From IMG/VR virus record IMGVR_UViG_3300021376_005091: a stretch of 64,000 nucleotides of DNA; one strand, written 5' to 3'. The DNA comes from an uncultured virus (IMG/VR IMGVR_UViG_3300021376_005091) (Duplodnaviria > Heunggongvirae > Uroviricota > Caudoviricetes). Shown piece after piece: positions 9,822 to 19,294 of this stretch (positions within the stretch are counted from its first letter, which is position 1; every line of letters begins with the position of its first letter). Position numbers and translations under genes: made by a program. Under the pieces are notes generated by a model. That model was given only the letters and a program-made list of their open reading frames with translations, ran no database searches and was not told where the DNA came from.

Positions 9822-12407
9822 ATGGCGTCACCGGTCTGGAAGACCCCGTCGGGTAAAATAGACATATTACAGGAACGACGACTATATTCGTTCCAGCTGG
9901 AAGCAGAAGATGCCGACAGCACCACTTTGACCTACTCCAAGATCGCAGGCAACCTGCCTCCCGGTATTGAACTTACTACCTCGGGTGTCCTGCGAGGCGT
10001 GCCGTTCGAAGTGGCCACGAGGTCCCTTTACACCTTCGTGGTCCGAGCATCGGACGGCACCAACATAGCGGACAGGACGTTCAGTATGCAAGTGACTGGA
10101 GCGGATGCCCCCAGGTTCGTCACCCCCGAGGGTGAGCTGGACATGGGAGACAGCACCAGGGCGGCCACCAGATACGTGCTGGACGGCAGCTACATCAGCT
10201 ATCAGATGCGCGCACTTGACGACGACATACCGGCCGGACAAACTTTGGTTTATGACATAGTAACGGGACAGTTGCCCCCAGGCATAAAGATGAGCTCCGC
10301 GGGATTGATATCAGGAACGGTTTTATTGACGGATGATGATAGATTTGGACCCTATGGAGGCTACGACAACGTGTATGACTACGATGACGTGCCCTATGAC
10401 CCCACGGTGTTTTCCATATCTAGATCGAAAAATTTTGAGTTCATAGTGCGAGTGACCGATGGGGCCAGCGTGGCCACACAGGTCAACAGCATATTTGTGT
10501 TCACCGCGGATTTCTGGCGCGTGGACAACAACAGGATCACGGTGGACATGACCCAATATCAGGGATTCCCCATCATAATGAGCAACAGCGCCAACAGGCG
10601 TCCCGTGTTCCTGACGGATGGTGCATTGGGCACATTCAGGCACAACAATGAAATGGTGATCAAAGTGGACGTGGTGGATTTTGATCCGCTGCAGGGAGAT
10701 CTAGAATACACTCTGGCCTCGGGAACACTGCCGCCAGGCATACAGATCGACATCAATTCCGGAGAGATATATGGAAGACTGGGATCACAGGCCGCTGTAG
10801 AATTGGAATACGTGTTCACCATAAGGGCAGCAAGGACGGCAGCATCTGGCGTGATTGTGTTCACTGACAAGCAGTTCACCTTGACGGTGATTGGAGAGAT
10901 CGACATAGGAATAGAATTCATAACCAGCAGCAATCTGGGATCCATACAGCCAGGCATCCCCTGCCTGTTCAGCGTGGAGGCACAGACACCTGCGCAGGTA
11001 CTAAACCCAGACGAGGTGTCAAACAGGGTGTTTATATACAATCTTGCCCAAGGATCCTTGCCTCCGGGATTGACGTTGTCGCCATTGGGCAACATCATGG
11101 GGCAGATAGATCTATCAGAATACACAGTGCTGGACAACAACGTGCTGACCTTGGACAACAACACCACCAGCTTTGACAGAGAATATGCGTTTACGGTGGG
11201 AGTCAGTGACCAATATCAAAATCTGGCCACCAGCAAGGAATTTCACATCACGGTCAAATTACCCTACGCCAAGGAATACAGCAACATGAGCGCCTCTGGA
11301 TTGATCAGCAATAGAAGAAACAGCACCTCCGACACCGACTTATTCTACAGCATCGCCCAAGACCCCAACATCAACAACAGTGCCAACATATTCAGATCTG
11401 AAGATAGCCTTTTTGGGCTGCCACAGAGACCCGAGATGTTGTTGGTGGCAGGTCTTGAGCATCAGACTGTCAACGCACTACAAGAGGCCATGAGATTCAA
11501 TCATGAACCAAAAGTGCTGTATTTTGGAGACATCAAGACAGCACTGGCTAAACACAACGGCACGTGTATATACGAGGTGGTCTACGTTGAGATGGTGGAC
11601 AATCTCGTGAACAAACAGGGCAAGGTGATATCTGACAGCATCACGCTGAGGACCGATATCAATAGGCCCATGTTGGGAGCCCGCGCAGATGACTTTAGAT
11701 TGACCACAGATTATGACGTGTATGACGTGACTACCCATGGCGGATTGAGTTTCAGCATCGCGGGCAGCAAGATAAGATATGCCAACAACATCACGGCAGA
11801 CATAGGCTCATTCGAGAAACTATTTCCCAATGCCGTGGCCCACATGAGGAAAAACATGAAGAATCTGGGGCAGAAAGAATACATGCATCTGCCTCTATGG
11901 ATGAGAACCAGTCAGGACAACACAGGATCTCCACTGGGCTTCAAATTGGCCATAGTGTTGGCGTACTGCAATCCCGGCAAGAGCGGGCTGGTAAGAAATA
12001 GAATATTGAACAAAGGTTTTGATTATAAAAATATTTTCTTCAGAATAGATAGATATCTTTGCGGAGCCTCCAAGGTGGACACAGGCACGATCACCGCAGA
12101 TGGCAGCACCAGAACGTTCACCATCAATGAAATCATACATGAAGAAGAGATCAAAATTAGAGAAAATGCCAAAGTATTGAGATATGGTGAGCAGGTCACT
12201 GCGGACAACTATTCAATTCCCAATTACATGAGCGCGGACAGCCTCCTGCGTTCCACAGACTATGAACCGGAATTTTTCCTAACTCATGATGCGAATACGC
12301 AAAAAACCACCATTAATTTTACCAATGCTCCTTCAGCCACCACTAAAATCAAAGTGGAGCGAAAAGGAGATAAATACCTTGCATTCAAAAGAAAGCTAAA
12401 AGAATAG
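9822..12407 (+). CDS. Baseplate wedge-like protein with putative Ig (He_PIG-like) repeats
   Basis: Repeated G.LPPG(I/L).L..SG.I.G units; TAAATA at 9793 and AAGGAG RBS. Confidence 0.65.
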   Translation: MASPVWKTPSGKIDILQERRLYSFQLEAEDADSTTLTYSKIAGNLPPGIELTTSGVLRGVPFEVATRSLYTFVVRASDGTNIADRTFSMQVTGADAPRFVTPEGELDMGDSTRAATRYVLDGSYISYQMRALDDDIPAGQTLVYDIVTGQLPPGIKMSSAGLISGTVLLTDDDRFGPYGGYDNVYDYDDVPYDPTVFSISRSKNFEFIVRVTDGASVATQVNSIFVFTADFWRVDNNRITVDMTQYQGFPIIMSNSANRRPVFLTDGALGTFRHNNEMVIKVDVVDFDPLQGDLEYTLASGTLPPGIQIDINSGEIYGRLGSQAAVELEYVFTIRAARTAASGVIVFTDKQFTLTVIGEIDIGIEFITSSNLGSIQPGIPCLFSVEAQTPAQVLNPDEVSNRVFIYNLAQGSLPPGLTLSPLGNIMGQIDLSEYTVLDNNVLTLDNNTTSFDREYAFTVGVSDQYQNLATSKEFHITVKLPYAKEYSNMSASGLISNRRNSTSDTDLFYSIAQDPNINNSANIFRSEDSLFGLPQRPEMLLVAGLEHQTVNALQEAMRFNHEPKVLYFGDIKTALAKHNGTCIYEVVYVEMVDNLVNKQGKVISDSITLRTDINRPMLGARADDFRLTTDYDVYDVTTHGGLSFSIAGSKIRYANNITADIGSFEKLFPNAVAHMRKNMKNLGQKEYMHLPLWMRTSQDNTGSPLGFKLAIVLAYCNPGKSGLVRNRILNKGFDYKNIFFRIDRYLCGASKVDTGTITADGSTRTFTINEIIHEEEIKIRENAKVLRYGEQVTADNYSIPNYMSADSLLRSTDYEPEFFLTHDANTQKTTINFTNAPSATTKIKVERKGDKYLAFKRKLKE

Positions 12408-12408
12408 T

Positions 12409-12972
12409 ATGGCCAGCAACATAGTACCAGGTAACATAGACGGCACGTATCCAATAGCGGGACAGGACAACAGTTCGCAGGGATTTCGTGATAATTTCAC
12501 AGCAATTAAAAATAATTTTGAAGATGCCAAAACTGAAATAGAAGATTTACAAACCAACAAAGCATCCACATCTGGTAATACATCATTCAACAATTACACA
12601 GTCAGTAAAGCAGTGTTCAAAGACACGGCATTGACAATATATGATAATGGTCCACCTACCAGCGGAACCATAACATTGGATCATGCCAATGGACACTATC
12701 ACAAGTTGACCACCAGTGGTAACGTCACTCTAGGATTTGCCAACTGGCCAGGTTCTGGTTTGGGGAGAATAGTGTTAGACATCACATACGGCAACGTTGC
12801 ACATCTGCTGACCGTGACTGCGGCCACCATAGTGGCAGACAACGTGACAGGATTCGACAGCGGCACTGATAAAATCACAGCACCCACCGCTGGCAGATAT
12901 CTATACGAGTTTGTCACACCAGATGCGGGAACAACGGTACTGATGCATCAGATTGGTAAATTATATACCTAG
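12409..12972 (+). CDS. Structural (baseplate/tail) protein
   Basis: YPIAGQDNSSQGFRDNF N-terminus, coiled segment, beta-rich C-terminus; in the structural operon. Confidence 0.55.
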   Translation: MASNIVPGNIDGTYPIAGQDNSSQGFRDNFTAIKNNFEDAKTEIEDLQTNKASTSGNTSFNNYTVSKAVFKDTALTIYDNGPPTSGTITLDHANGHYHKLTTSGNVTLGFANWPGSGLGRIVLDITYGNVAHLLTVTAATIVADNVTGFDSGTDKITAPTAGRYLYEFVTPDAGTTVLMHQIGKLYT

Positions 12973-12979
12973 GGTATAA

Positions 12980-13234
12980 ATGTATTTCCATCCCTTACAA
13001 GAAGAGCTCGGCAACATGTCCGAGGCAGATATAGGCAAGCGCATCAGAGAGCTCACCAAAAAATTGGCCACCGCCAAGAGATGGTTGCGTAATCCCGAGA
13101 TGATCTCACAGTTGCAGCATGCTTTGGTGTCTTACCAGGAAGAGCAGAGGCGCAGGAGATTGAAGCAGTGGCAGGACGAATATAAGAAAGCCCGCAACGA
13201 ACCAGATATGGGCGAGCTGATCAACATAGAATAA
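12980..13234 (+). CDS. Hypothetical helical protein
   Basis: ORF tightly packed in the operon. Confidence 0.6.
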   Translation: MYFHPLQEELGNMSEADIGKRIRELTKKLATAKRWLRNPEMISQLQHALVSYQEEQRRRRLKQWQDEYKKARNEPDMGELINIE

Positions 13235-13244
13235 TAAGTACAGG

Positions 13245-13880
13245 ATGAAAGTTAAATCTTTCTCCTGGAAAACTGATTTCCGCACAATCATAATCGTGGG
13301 CGATGAGCTGTTCCACAATCAATATGACGTGACCTGTCATATCTCTCCCATCACGGCAGATCTCGCTGAGCAAAGCGAATATTTTGAAAGATTGAAAAGT
13401 CTCTATCAGTTGGTATTCGCCAACACCATTATCACCTGGAGACAGGAAGATCTTTACCAATTATTGAAGTTGAACAGCGACAACAGATTCATAGAATTGC
13501 CAAGACCTCCCTATGATCAGGTCATGGCAGCAGCCTGTTTCGCCAAAAGCAATGCCATATTGGAAGGTAAAATAGTGGTAACCAAATTAGATCTAGGCAG
13601 CTTTCAGGGCGATGGCATAGTGTACAGCATAGAGAAGGAAGGCCCGGAATTGGAGCTGTTAGATGTTGACAATTGGTTCAGTGCCAAGTACACTAAGATG
13701 GATCCGTGGTGGTTGAGGTCAGACACGGCCACATATGATGAAGAATTGGAAAAAGGTATTTACACAGGACACTTCAGCTGGAACAAGGAGATCTCCGAGG
13801 TTGACGAACACAGAGAAAATGCTAAAATATTTGAATTCAACCCAAAGGTTTTAGATGGTGGCAAGGGCAAGAAGAAATGA
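13245..13880 (+). CDS. Hypothetical protein
   Basis: 211-aa ORF with TAAGTA 4 nt before the ATG. Confidence 0.6.
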   Translation: MKVKSFSWKTDFRTIIIVGDELFHNQYDVTCHISPITADLAEQSEYFERLKSLYQLVFANTIITWRQEDLYQLLKLNSDNRFIELPRPPYDQVMAAACFAKSNAILEGKIVVTKLDLGSFQGDGIVYSIEKEGPELELLDVDNWFSAKYTKMDPWWLRSDTATYDEELEKGIYTGHFSWNKEISEVDEHRENAKIFEFNPKVLDGGKGKKK

Positions 13881-14379
13881 TCACGGAGACTGCGTCTACG
13901 ACGAGCAGAGCCTGATCGAACATGTCTATCAAAACCCCTCAGCAGACATCAGTCAATTCTATATAGAAAATACTGCACAGTATCTCGCAGCACTGCGGGA
14001 GCTGGGCATAGATCTGCCAGCGATACAGGGCGAACCTCAGCATCATGAGAAACCAGCCGACTTGGACCAGAGATTGCAATCACAGTGGCACATGCCTGAC
14101 AATTACCATAAAATAAACGTGCTGGAGTATCTATTGGCACGCTGCCAATCGGATACAGAAAGAGAAAGAGTCAAAACCGAATATGAACTTTTCCAAAAAA
14201 AAAATTTTACCAAGGTGCTGCAATTTTTGATCTATTTCGTGGACACCCTCAGGGCCAACAACGTGGTTTGGGGCGTGGGTAGGGGCAGCTCCGTGGCCAG
14301 CTTCTGTTTGTTTTTGATAGGCGTACACAAGATTAATCCACTGCTGTACAATTTGGATCACCGTGAATTCCTGCGATGA
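13855..14379 (+). CDS. DNA polymerase III alpha (DnaE)-like fragment, 174 aa
   Basis: ERVKTEYELF...LIYFVDTLRANNVVWGVGRGSSVASFCLFLIGVHKINPLLYNL matches the DnaE GxGRGS segment. Confidence 0.75.
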   Translation: MVARARRNDHGDCVYDEQSLIEHVYQNPSADISQFYIENTAQYLAALRELGIDLPAIQGEPQHHEKPADLDQRLQSQWHMPDNYHKINVLEYLLARCQSDTERERVKTEYELFQKKNFTKVLQFLIYFVDTLRANNVVWGVGRGSSVASFCLFLIGVHKINPLLYNLDHREFLR

Positions 14380-14407
14380 TAAGTAAATGCACAAGGAGTA
14401 ACAATCT

Positions 14408-14797
14408 ATGGTAACAAGACAGACAAGCAGAAAACTTTACAGAACCATGCAGGGTCGCATGGTGGACATTGAGAAGCTGAGAGCAACCAACGAAGATGTC
14501 AGAGCTGTGGGCAACATGAACGTCAATGCCCGAGGCGACGTGTTGGGCACTGGTGGAAAAATTGTCAAGACCAAAGAGCAGGTGATGAAAGAGTATTATG
14601 AAGCACCCAAAGGCAAGGCCGACGACACTCCTGTCAAAAAACCCAGAGCTGAATCAATTCCACAACAGGAAGTGGTAAAAACACAGGTTATAAATCCTGT
14701 GGCCCAAACCCAGCAGTCAAAAAATAGTGCGGGTAAGACCACCACCCTGTTTAAACCCAAGCAGGGCATTGATGCTGCTCTTGACGGCATAGAGTAA
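14408..14797 (+). CDS. Hypothetical protein
   Basis: AAGGAG RBS, TAAGTA at 14380; AVGNMNVNARGD motif. Confidence 0.65.
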   Translation: MVTRQTSRKLYRTMQGRMVDIEKLRATNEDVRAVGNMNVNARGDVLGTGGKIVKTKEQVMKEYYEAPKGKADDTPVKKPRAESIPQQEVVKTQVINPVAQTQQSKNSAGKTTTLFKPKQGIDAALDGIE

Positions 14798-14809
14798 ACA
14801 TCATATACT
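14781..14809 (+). promoter_or_regulatory. Sigma70-type promoter
   Basis: TTGACG-N17-TATACT, 9 nt before the groES ATG. Confidence 0.6.
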
Positions 14810-14818
14810 ATAACCACA

Positions 14819-15229
14819 ATGGTGGAGATGCAGCAACTACAGAAAAAAGGATTTGGTTCTCACGGGGGACTGCAGCACACGGTCAGCGACTCTGAAATCC
14901 GACCCCTAGGCAAGAGAGTGCTGGTGTGCCGGATGAGATTTGGTGACATCAAGACCAAGGGTGGATTGATACTGCTGGACGATGACGGCACCGAGCAGGG
15001 CATACACCCCAGGTGGTGCCAGGCCTATGCTGTGGGGCCTAAACAGCAAGATGTGCGAGTGGGGCAATGGTTGCTGGTGGCTCACGGCCGCTGGACCAGA
15101 GGAATGATAGTGGAGAGAGATGGAGTCAAGGAAGAAGTGAGAATGGTGGACGAGAATGACATCCTATTGGTTTCGGACGAAGAGCCTCAACAAGAAATCT
15201 TAAAACAGGCCGGCTACAGCAACAGTTAA
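14819..15229 (+). CDS. groES: Co-chaperonin GroES-like protein
   Basis: IRPLGKRVLV, KTKGGLIL, AVGP, VRVGQ, ENDIL motifs. Confidence 0.85.
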   Translation: MVEMQQLQKKGFGSHGGLQHTVSDSEIRPLGKRVLVCRMRFGDIKTKGGLILLDDDGTEQGIHPRWCQAYAVGPKQQDVRVGQWLLVAHGRWTRGMIVERDGVKEEVRMVDENDILLVSDEEPQQEILKQAGYSNS

Positions 15230-15235
15230 ACCACA

Positions 15236-15460
15236 ATGACCAGTGATAAGATCTGTGGTCAGTGCAGTGAACGAATAGAAAATTGCCTATACTGGTTTGA
15301 TTCTCTCTATTTCGCCAATTGGACAGAAAGAAAAATAATACCTTTCTGTGGACCCCAATGCGTGGAAAAATGGCATACAAAAAATAATGTAAAAGATTGG
15401 CCAGCAAGAAAACCTCCCTACCCCAAAGGTGAACAATGGCGATTAATCAAGGATATATAA
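15236..15460 (+). CDS. Small Cys-containing, possibly zinc-binding, protein
   Basis: CGQC ... FCGPQC. Confidence 0.55.
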   Translation: MTSDKICGQCSERIENCLYWFDSLYFANWTERKIIPFCGPQCVEKWHTKNNVKDWPARKPPYPKGEQWRLIKDI

Positions 15461-15464
15461 AAAT

Positions 15465-16163
15465 ATGAACATATCCAAGTCTAAATATTTCTTTGAAATC
15501 GATAAAACCAAACCAGTATACGGATTGATATTGCCGTTTCATAATAAATTTTATATCTTAGATAATGATTACGAAACTTTAAAATTTATTCAATTTTTGA
15601 TTATTAAACACGAGTGGTTCGCTATGCACCATTTTGATTCTTCTCCTATGTTCAATAATACAAATTGTTGTAAGTATGGCTGCGATCAAATTACTGCAAA
15701 ACTTGCCTCTGACTATGATATCTATCCTTTATCCATTGAGATTCAGACCGATGAAACTTTTTTTGATTTTAATTTACAGGAAACGTTATTTTATGTAAGA
15801 AAAGTACTTGTCACTACAAAGAAAATTATAGAAAAAAATATTAATGATATTGAATTCAAAAATCTCCAAAACAATACAATTATGATTAAAAAATTTTTAA
15901 AAATGATATCGTTCGAGGATGAAAATATAAAAAAAATAATTGCAGAGGAAGAACAAATATTGAATAATAATAAAAATTTTAATGAAAAATTATTAAGTTA
16001 TGTAATCAATATTTTATATTCTTTAGATTTAAAAAATATACAGATAGAAGATATTAAGAAGGAATTGTCAAGTCATTTAGAAGAAATTTTCAAGAAAATA
16101 TATTTTAAGGATAAGGCCAATACAATAGAAAAGATAGTTCACCTAGATGAAAATTTTAAGTAA
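15465..16163 (+). CDS. Hypothetical protein in AT-rich island
   Basis: 232-aa ORF, very AT-rich, overlaps the next ORF. Confidence 0.55.
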   Translation: MNISKSKYFFEIDKTKPVYGLILPFHNKFYILDNDYETLKFIQFLIIKHEWFAMHHFDSSPMFNNTNCCKYGCDQITAKLASDYDIYPLSIEIQTDETFFDFNLQETLFYVRKVLVTTKKIIEKNINDIEFKNLQNNTIMIKKFLKMISFEDENIKKIIAEEEQILNNNKNFNEKLLSYVINILYSLDLKNIQIEDIKKELSSHLEEIFKKIYFKDKANTIEKIVHLDENFK

Positions 16164-17322
16164 AATAAAAAATAGTAAACTTATAAATCAACCTGCATTT
16201 GATCATATGCACATTGAAAATCCTCACGGTGCAAATTTTCTTGCTCTTACCCGACTTTTATTTGGTACTACCGAATTCAGAGCTCGATCGGGCACCTTTA
16301 CCACACCTTATCTTGCCCCTGTGCAAAAAGGCTATGAACTTTTTAAATTAAGATATATTGATGATGACTTATCAGATTTATATGATGCAAGAGCTATAGA
16401 AATTTTTAACTATGCCAAATCCAATCAAAAAAATATTTGTATTTGTTGGAGTGGAGGTATTGACTCCACTTCTATGCTGACAGCTTTTTTTAAAAATTTA
16501 TCTAAGAATGACCTAGAAATTATTAACGTATTGTGTACCAGCTCGTCTTTGTTGGAAAATTATAGTTTTTATGAAAATTTTTTATCAAGAAAAGTAAAAT
16601 GCAATCATTATAATTCTATAATATTAGATAATGAATTTTTAAACAAAAATGTTTTATTACACGGTGAACCAGCAGATAGTTTATTTGGTACTGTTCTTTT
16701 AAACTATAAAGATTTTGTTGCAAGACAGGAACATCTCGAACCGTGGAAAAAACATTATAAAAAGATGACAGAAGGTTTGAATGAAAAAGGAGGAATATAT
16801 AGTAAAAAAACGTCTACATTTGGCACATGGTTTGTAAAAAAAATATCAGACAACATCGAAGAAGTGGGGCAATCTGATTACATTAATACTGTGGCCGATT
16901 GGTGGTGGTGGCCATATTTCAATTTTCGTTGGCAAATAGAGGCTGAAAAAATACTTTTTTACATGAGAATTCCGTCTGTACGTTTTGATCCTATCTCGGA
17001 GCCTAATTTAAAAATTTTTAAAGATTATAATTTTTGGAACACAGAAAAATTCCAGTTGTGGTCATATTCTAATTTAAAAAAAATGAATGCTAATGTAACC
17101 AAGATGCAAAAAATTGAACCAAAAAAATACATTTTTGAATTTACTAAAGATAAAATGTATTTCGAAAATAAAAAAAAAGTAGGACTTTGTAATTCTAATA
17201 GAAGAAATTACAAAAAAAATTTAGAAATACCTTACTTTTTTGATGAGTATTGGCAAGGATATAGAAGAACCCCCGAAATATCCCAAATTTTTAAAATGCT
17301 TTTGGAAAAATACAGAGGATAA
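16147..17322 (+). CDS. PP-loop (adenine nucleotide alpha hydrolase, asparagine synthetase-like) protein
   Basis: ICWSGGIDSTS PP-loop and HGEPADSLFG, resembling the AsnB GEGADELFG motif. Confidence 0.7.
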   Translation: MKILSKIKNSKLINQPAFDHMHIENPHGANFLALTRLLFGTTEFRARSGTFTTPYLAPVQKGYELFKLRYIDDDLSDLYDARAIEIFNYAKSNQKNICICWSGGIDSTSMLTAFFKNLSKNDLEIINVLCTSSSLLENYSFYENFLSRKVKCNHYNSIILDNEFLNKNVLLHGEPADSLFGTVLLNYKDFVARQEHLEPWKKHYKKMTEGLNEKGGIYSKKTSTFGTWFVKKISDNIEEVGQSDYINTVADWWWWPYFNFRWQIEAEKILFYMRIPSVRFDPISEPNLKIFKDYNFWNTEKFQLWSYSNLKKMNANVTKMQKIEPKKYIFEFTKDKMYFENKKKVGLCNSNRRNYKKNLEIPYFFDEYWQGYRRTPEISQIFKMLLEKYRG

Positions 17323-17324
17323 TT

Positions 17325-18053
17325 ATGAGCGAATTGAAACGTTTGATGAAACTGAGAGAGAACATTACACACTTTACCGATCAGGCTCCCGATAAAAAAA
17401 TAATAGATCAGATTCTCAGAGACGCACACGAGCTGATACCAGTGAAAAACAATATGTGGAATTACAGTATAGATGTGTGGGGCCCTGAACATGAGAAAGA
17501 AAAAAAGATAGTGGCCATGCAGACAGTGACAGGACTGGACAAGAGAATATTCGCCAAAGGTGGCTCGGAGGAAGGCAACACACAATTGCTGGAGGAAATC
17601 TATAATGCATGGAAGGACAGCAGAGAATCACAAAGAAACAGTCTGTTCAAAGGCAAAGGCAAATATCAAGGGTTTGGATTCAACGACCAGGTCACCGCTC
17701 CTTATCTTTTGGTCTATTATCAGCGCCCAGGAAAACCCACACACAGTCAAATGCAACAAGGATATGATGCCAAACAAATCAATTACTCAGATGTTTCACA
17801 ACATCAGTGGCTTATATCTGCCTCCATGCATGGATATGGCACCAGCTTATTATGTGCCGAGCAAGGACTTTACGCATCTTTCTGTAAATGTTATTACTTG
17901 GTCCATAAAAATTTTGATAACATTTTGCATCCGTTGAAACATGGATTTCACAATGTGGCCTTTCTTTTGGGAATCGGGTATCGTGATCAAACTATGCCCT
18001 ACTTCAAAAATAAAAGGAAACCAACAGTTGATGAAATAGTAACCTGGAAATAA
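17325..18053 (+). CDS. Nitroreductase-fold protein
   Basis: RENITHFTDQAPDKKIIDQIL, PVKNN.WNY, APYLLV, AEQGLYASFC, LLGIGY. Confidence 0.65.
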   Translation: MSELKRLMKLRENITHFTDQAPDKKIIDQILRDAHELIPVKNNMWNYSIDVWGPEHEKEKKIVAMQTVTGLDKRIFAKGGSEEGNTQLLEEIYNAWKDSRESQRNSLFKGKGKYQGFGFNDQVTAPYLLVYYQRPGKPTHSQMQQGYDAKQINYSDVSQHQWLISASMHGYGTSLLCAEQGLYASFCKCYYLVHKNFDNILHPLKHGFHNVAFLLGIGYRDQTMPYFKNKRKPTVDEIVTWK

Positions 18054-18070
18054 TAACCAATGATTACATC

Positions 18071-18099
18071 TTTACTTTAGTGCCGCTGATCTGTATAAT
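18071..18099 (+). promoter_or_regulatory. Sigma70-type promoter
   Basis: TTTACT-N17-TATAAT, 9 nt before the clamp-loader ATG. Confidence 0.55.
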
Positions 18100-18108
18100 A
18101 ATAATCAC

Positions 18109-19038
18109 ATGAAAGAGCTTTGGACAGAAAAGTACAGGCCCGCGACACTGAAAGATTACGTGGTCAGGGACCAGCGCCAGCGAGAGCAGATAGAAGGCTG
18201 GATCCGTAGCGGAGCTATTCCTCATTTGTTATTTTCGGGAGCGCCGGGAGTGGGCAAGACCACGCTGGCCAAGGTATTGTTCAACGAGCTTGAAGTTGAT
18301 CCCTATGACATTCTGGAGATCAACGCATCCAGGGAGAACTCCGTGGACACGGTGCGAGACAAGATCATCAACTTCGTACAGATAATGCCGTTCGGCGCAT
18401 TCAAGTATGTGCTGCTGGACGAGGCGGACTACATAACCCCCAACGGGCAGGCAGCACTGCGTGGCGTAATGGAAACATATCACACGTCGGCAAGATTCAT
18501 ACTGACCTGCAACTATCCCAACAGGGTGATACCAGCGCTGCACAGCAGATGCCAGGGATTCCACATCGAGACCATAGACAAGAACGAATTCACAGCCAGG
18601 GTGGCACAGATAATGATCGATGAGAAAGTGGAACCAGACATCGACATACTGGACACCTACGTCAAGGCCACATATCCAGATCTAAGGAAATGCATCAACA
18701 TGGTGCAACAAAACTGTCGAAATGGCAAGCTGCATGCCCCAGACAAGGCCGATCGAGGCCAGCAGGACTACAGGCTGGAGATGGTGGATCTATTCAAGAG
18801 AGGCAAGATATTGGAAGCTAGGAAACTTGTGTGCTCGCAGGCGAGACCAGAAGAAGTGGAAGACATATTCCGATGGCTGTACGACAATTTAGAACTCATC
18901 AGCAAGGATGATGAGCAGCAGGACAAAGCCATATTGGCCATCAAGCAAGGCCTGGTTGACCACTCGTTCGTGGCCGATCCGGAGATCAACCTTGCGGCCA
19001 CAATGATCAAACTGGCGAGGATAGCAGATGGGAAGTAA
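18109..19038 (+). CDS. Clamp loader subunit (RFC small subunit / T4 gp44-like)
   Basis: WTEKYRP, GAPGVGKT, EINAS, LDEAD, SRC motifs. Confidence 0.93.
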   Translation: MKELWTEKYRPATLKDYVVRDQRQREQIEGWIRSGAIPHLLFSGAPGVGKTTLAKVLFNELEVDPYDILEINASRENSVDTVRDKIINFVQIMPFGAFKYVLLDEADYITPNGQAALRGVMETYHTSARFILTCNYPNRVIPALHSRCQGFHIETIDKNEFTARVAQIMIDEKVEPDIDILDTYVKATYPDLRKCINMVQQNCRNGKLHAPDKADRGQQDYRLEMVDLFKRGKILEARKLVCSQARPEEVEDIFRWLYDNLELISKDDEQQDKAILAIKQGLVDHSFVADPEINLAATMIKLARIADGK

Positions 19039-19294
19039 GCACGAAAAGAAGAGATATTTCATAGTGAACTACAATATTAGACCCAATGGCAAGTATGATG
19101 AATTGGTGGAGTTAAGCAAAAAGAAGCTGGGATCAGGAAAGGTCGCTGCAGCGAAAGTGATATTAGATTTGGTAGACCAGCAAGTGATAAAGGTGGATCT
19201 ACCTGGTATACCCAAAGATTTTCCTTTTGAAAATTTATACAGGCACTATCGTCAATGGTACGCAGATGCTATTGACAATTTTATTAGAGATTAA
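19028..19294 (+). CDS. Hypothetical protein
   Basis: Overlaps the end of the clamp loader; converges with phoH. Confidence 0.6.
   Translation: MGSKHEKKRYFIVNYNIRPNGKYDELVELSKKKLGSGKVAAAKVILDLVDQQVIKVDLPGIPKDFPFENLYRHYRQWYADAIDNFIRD

Noticed and set aside
43..11167. Many long minus-strand ORFs opposite the structural genes
   Set aside because: Antisense shadows of strongly biased + strand coding; no motifs, RBS or promoters. The same applies to most minus-strand ORFs in the window except phoH and the DegT-like gene.
16147..17322. SGGIDS protein as QueC
   Set aside because: Too long, lacks the QueC C-terminal Zn cysteines, has an AsnB-like motif and lies 30 kb from the cluster
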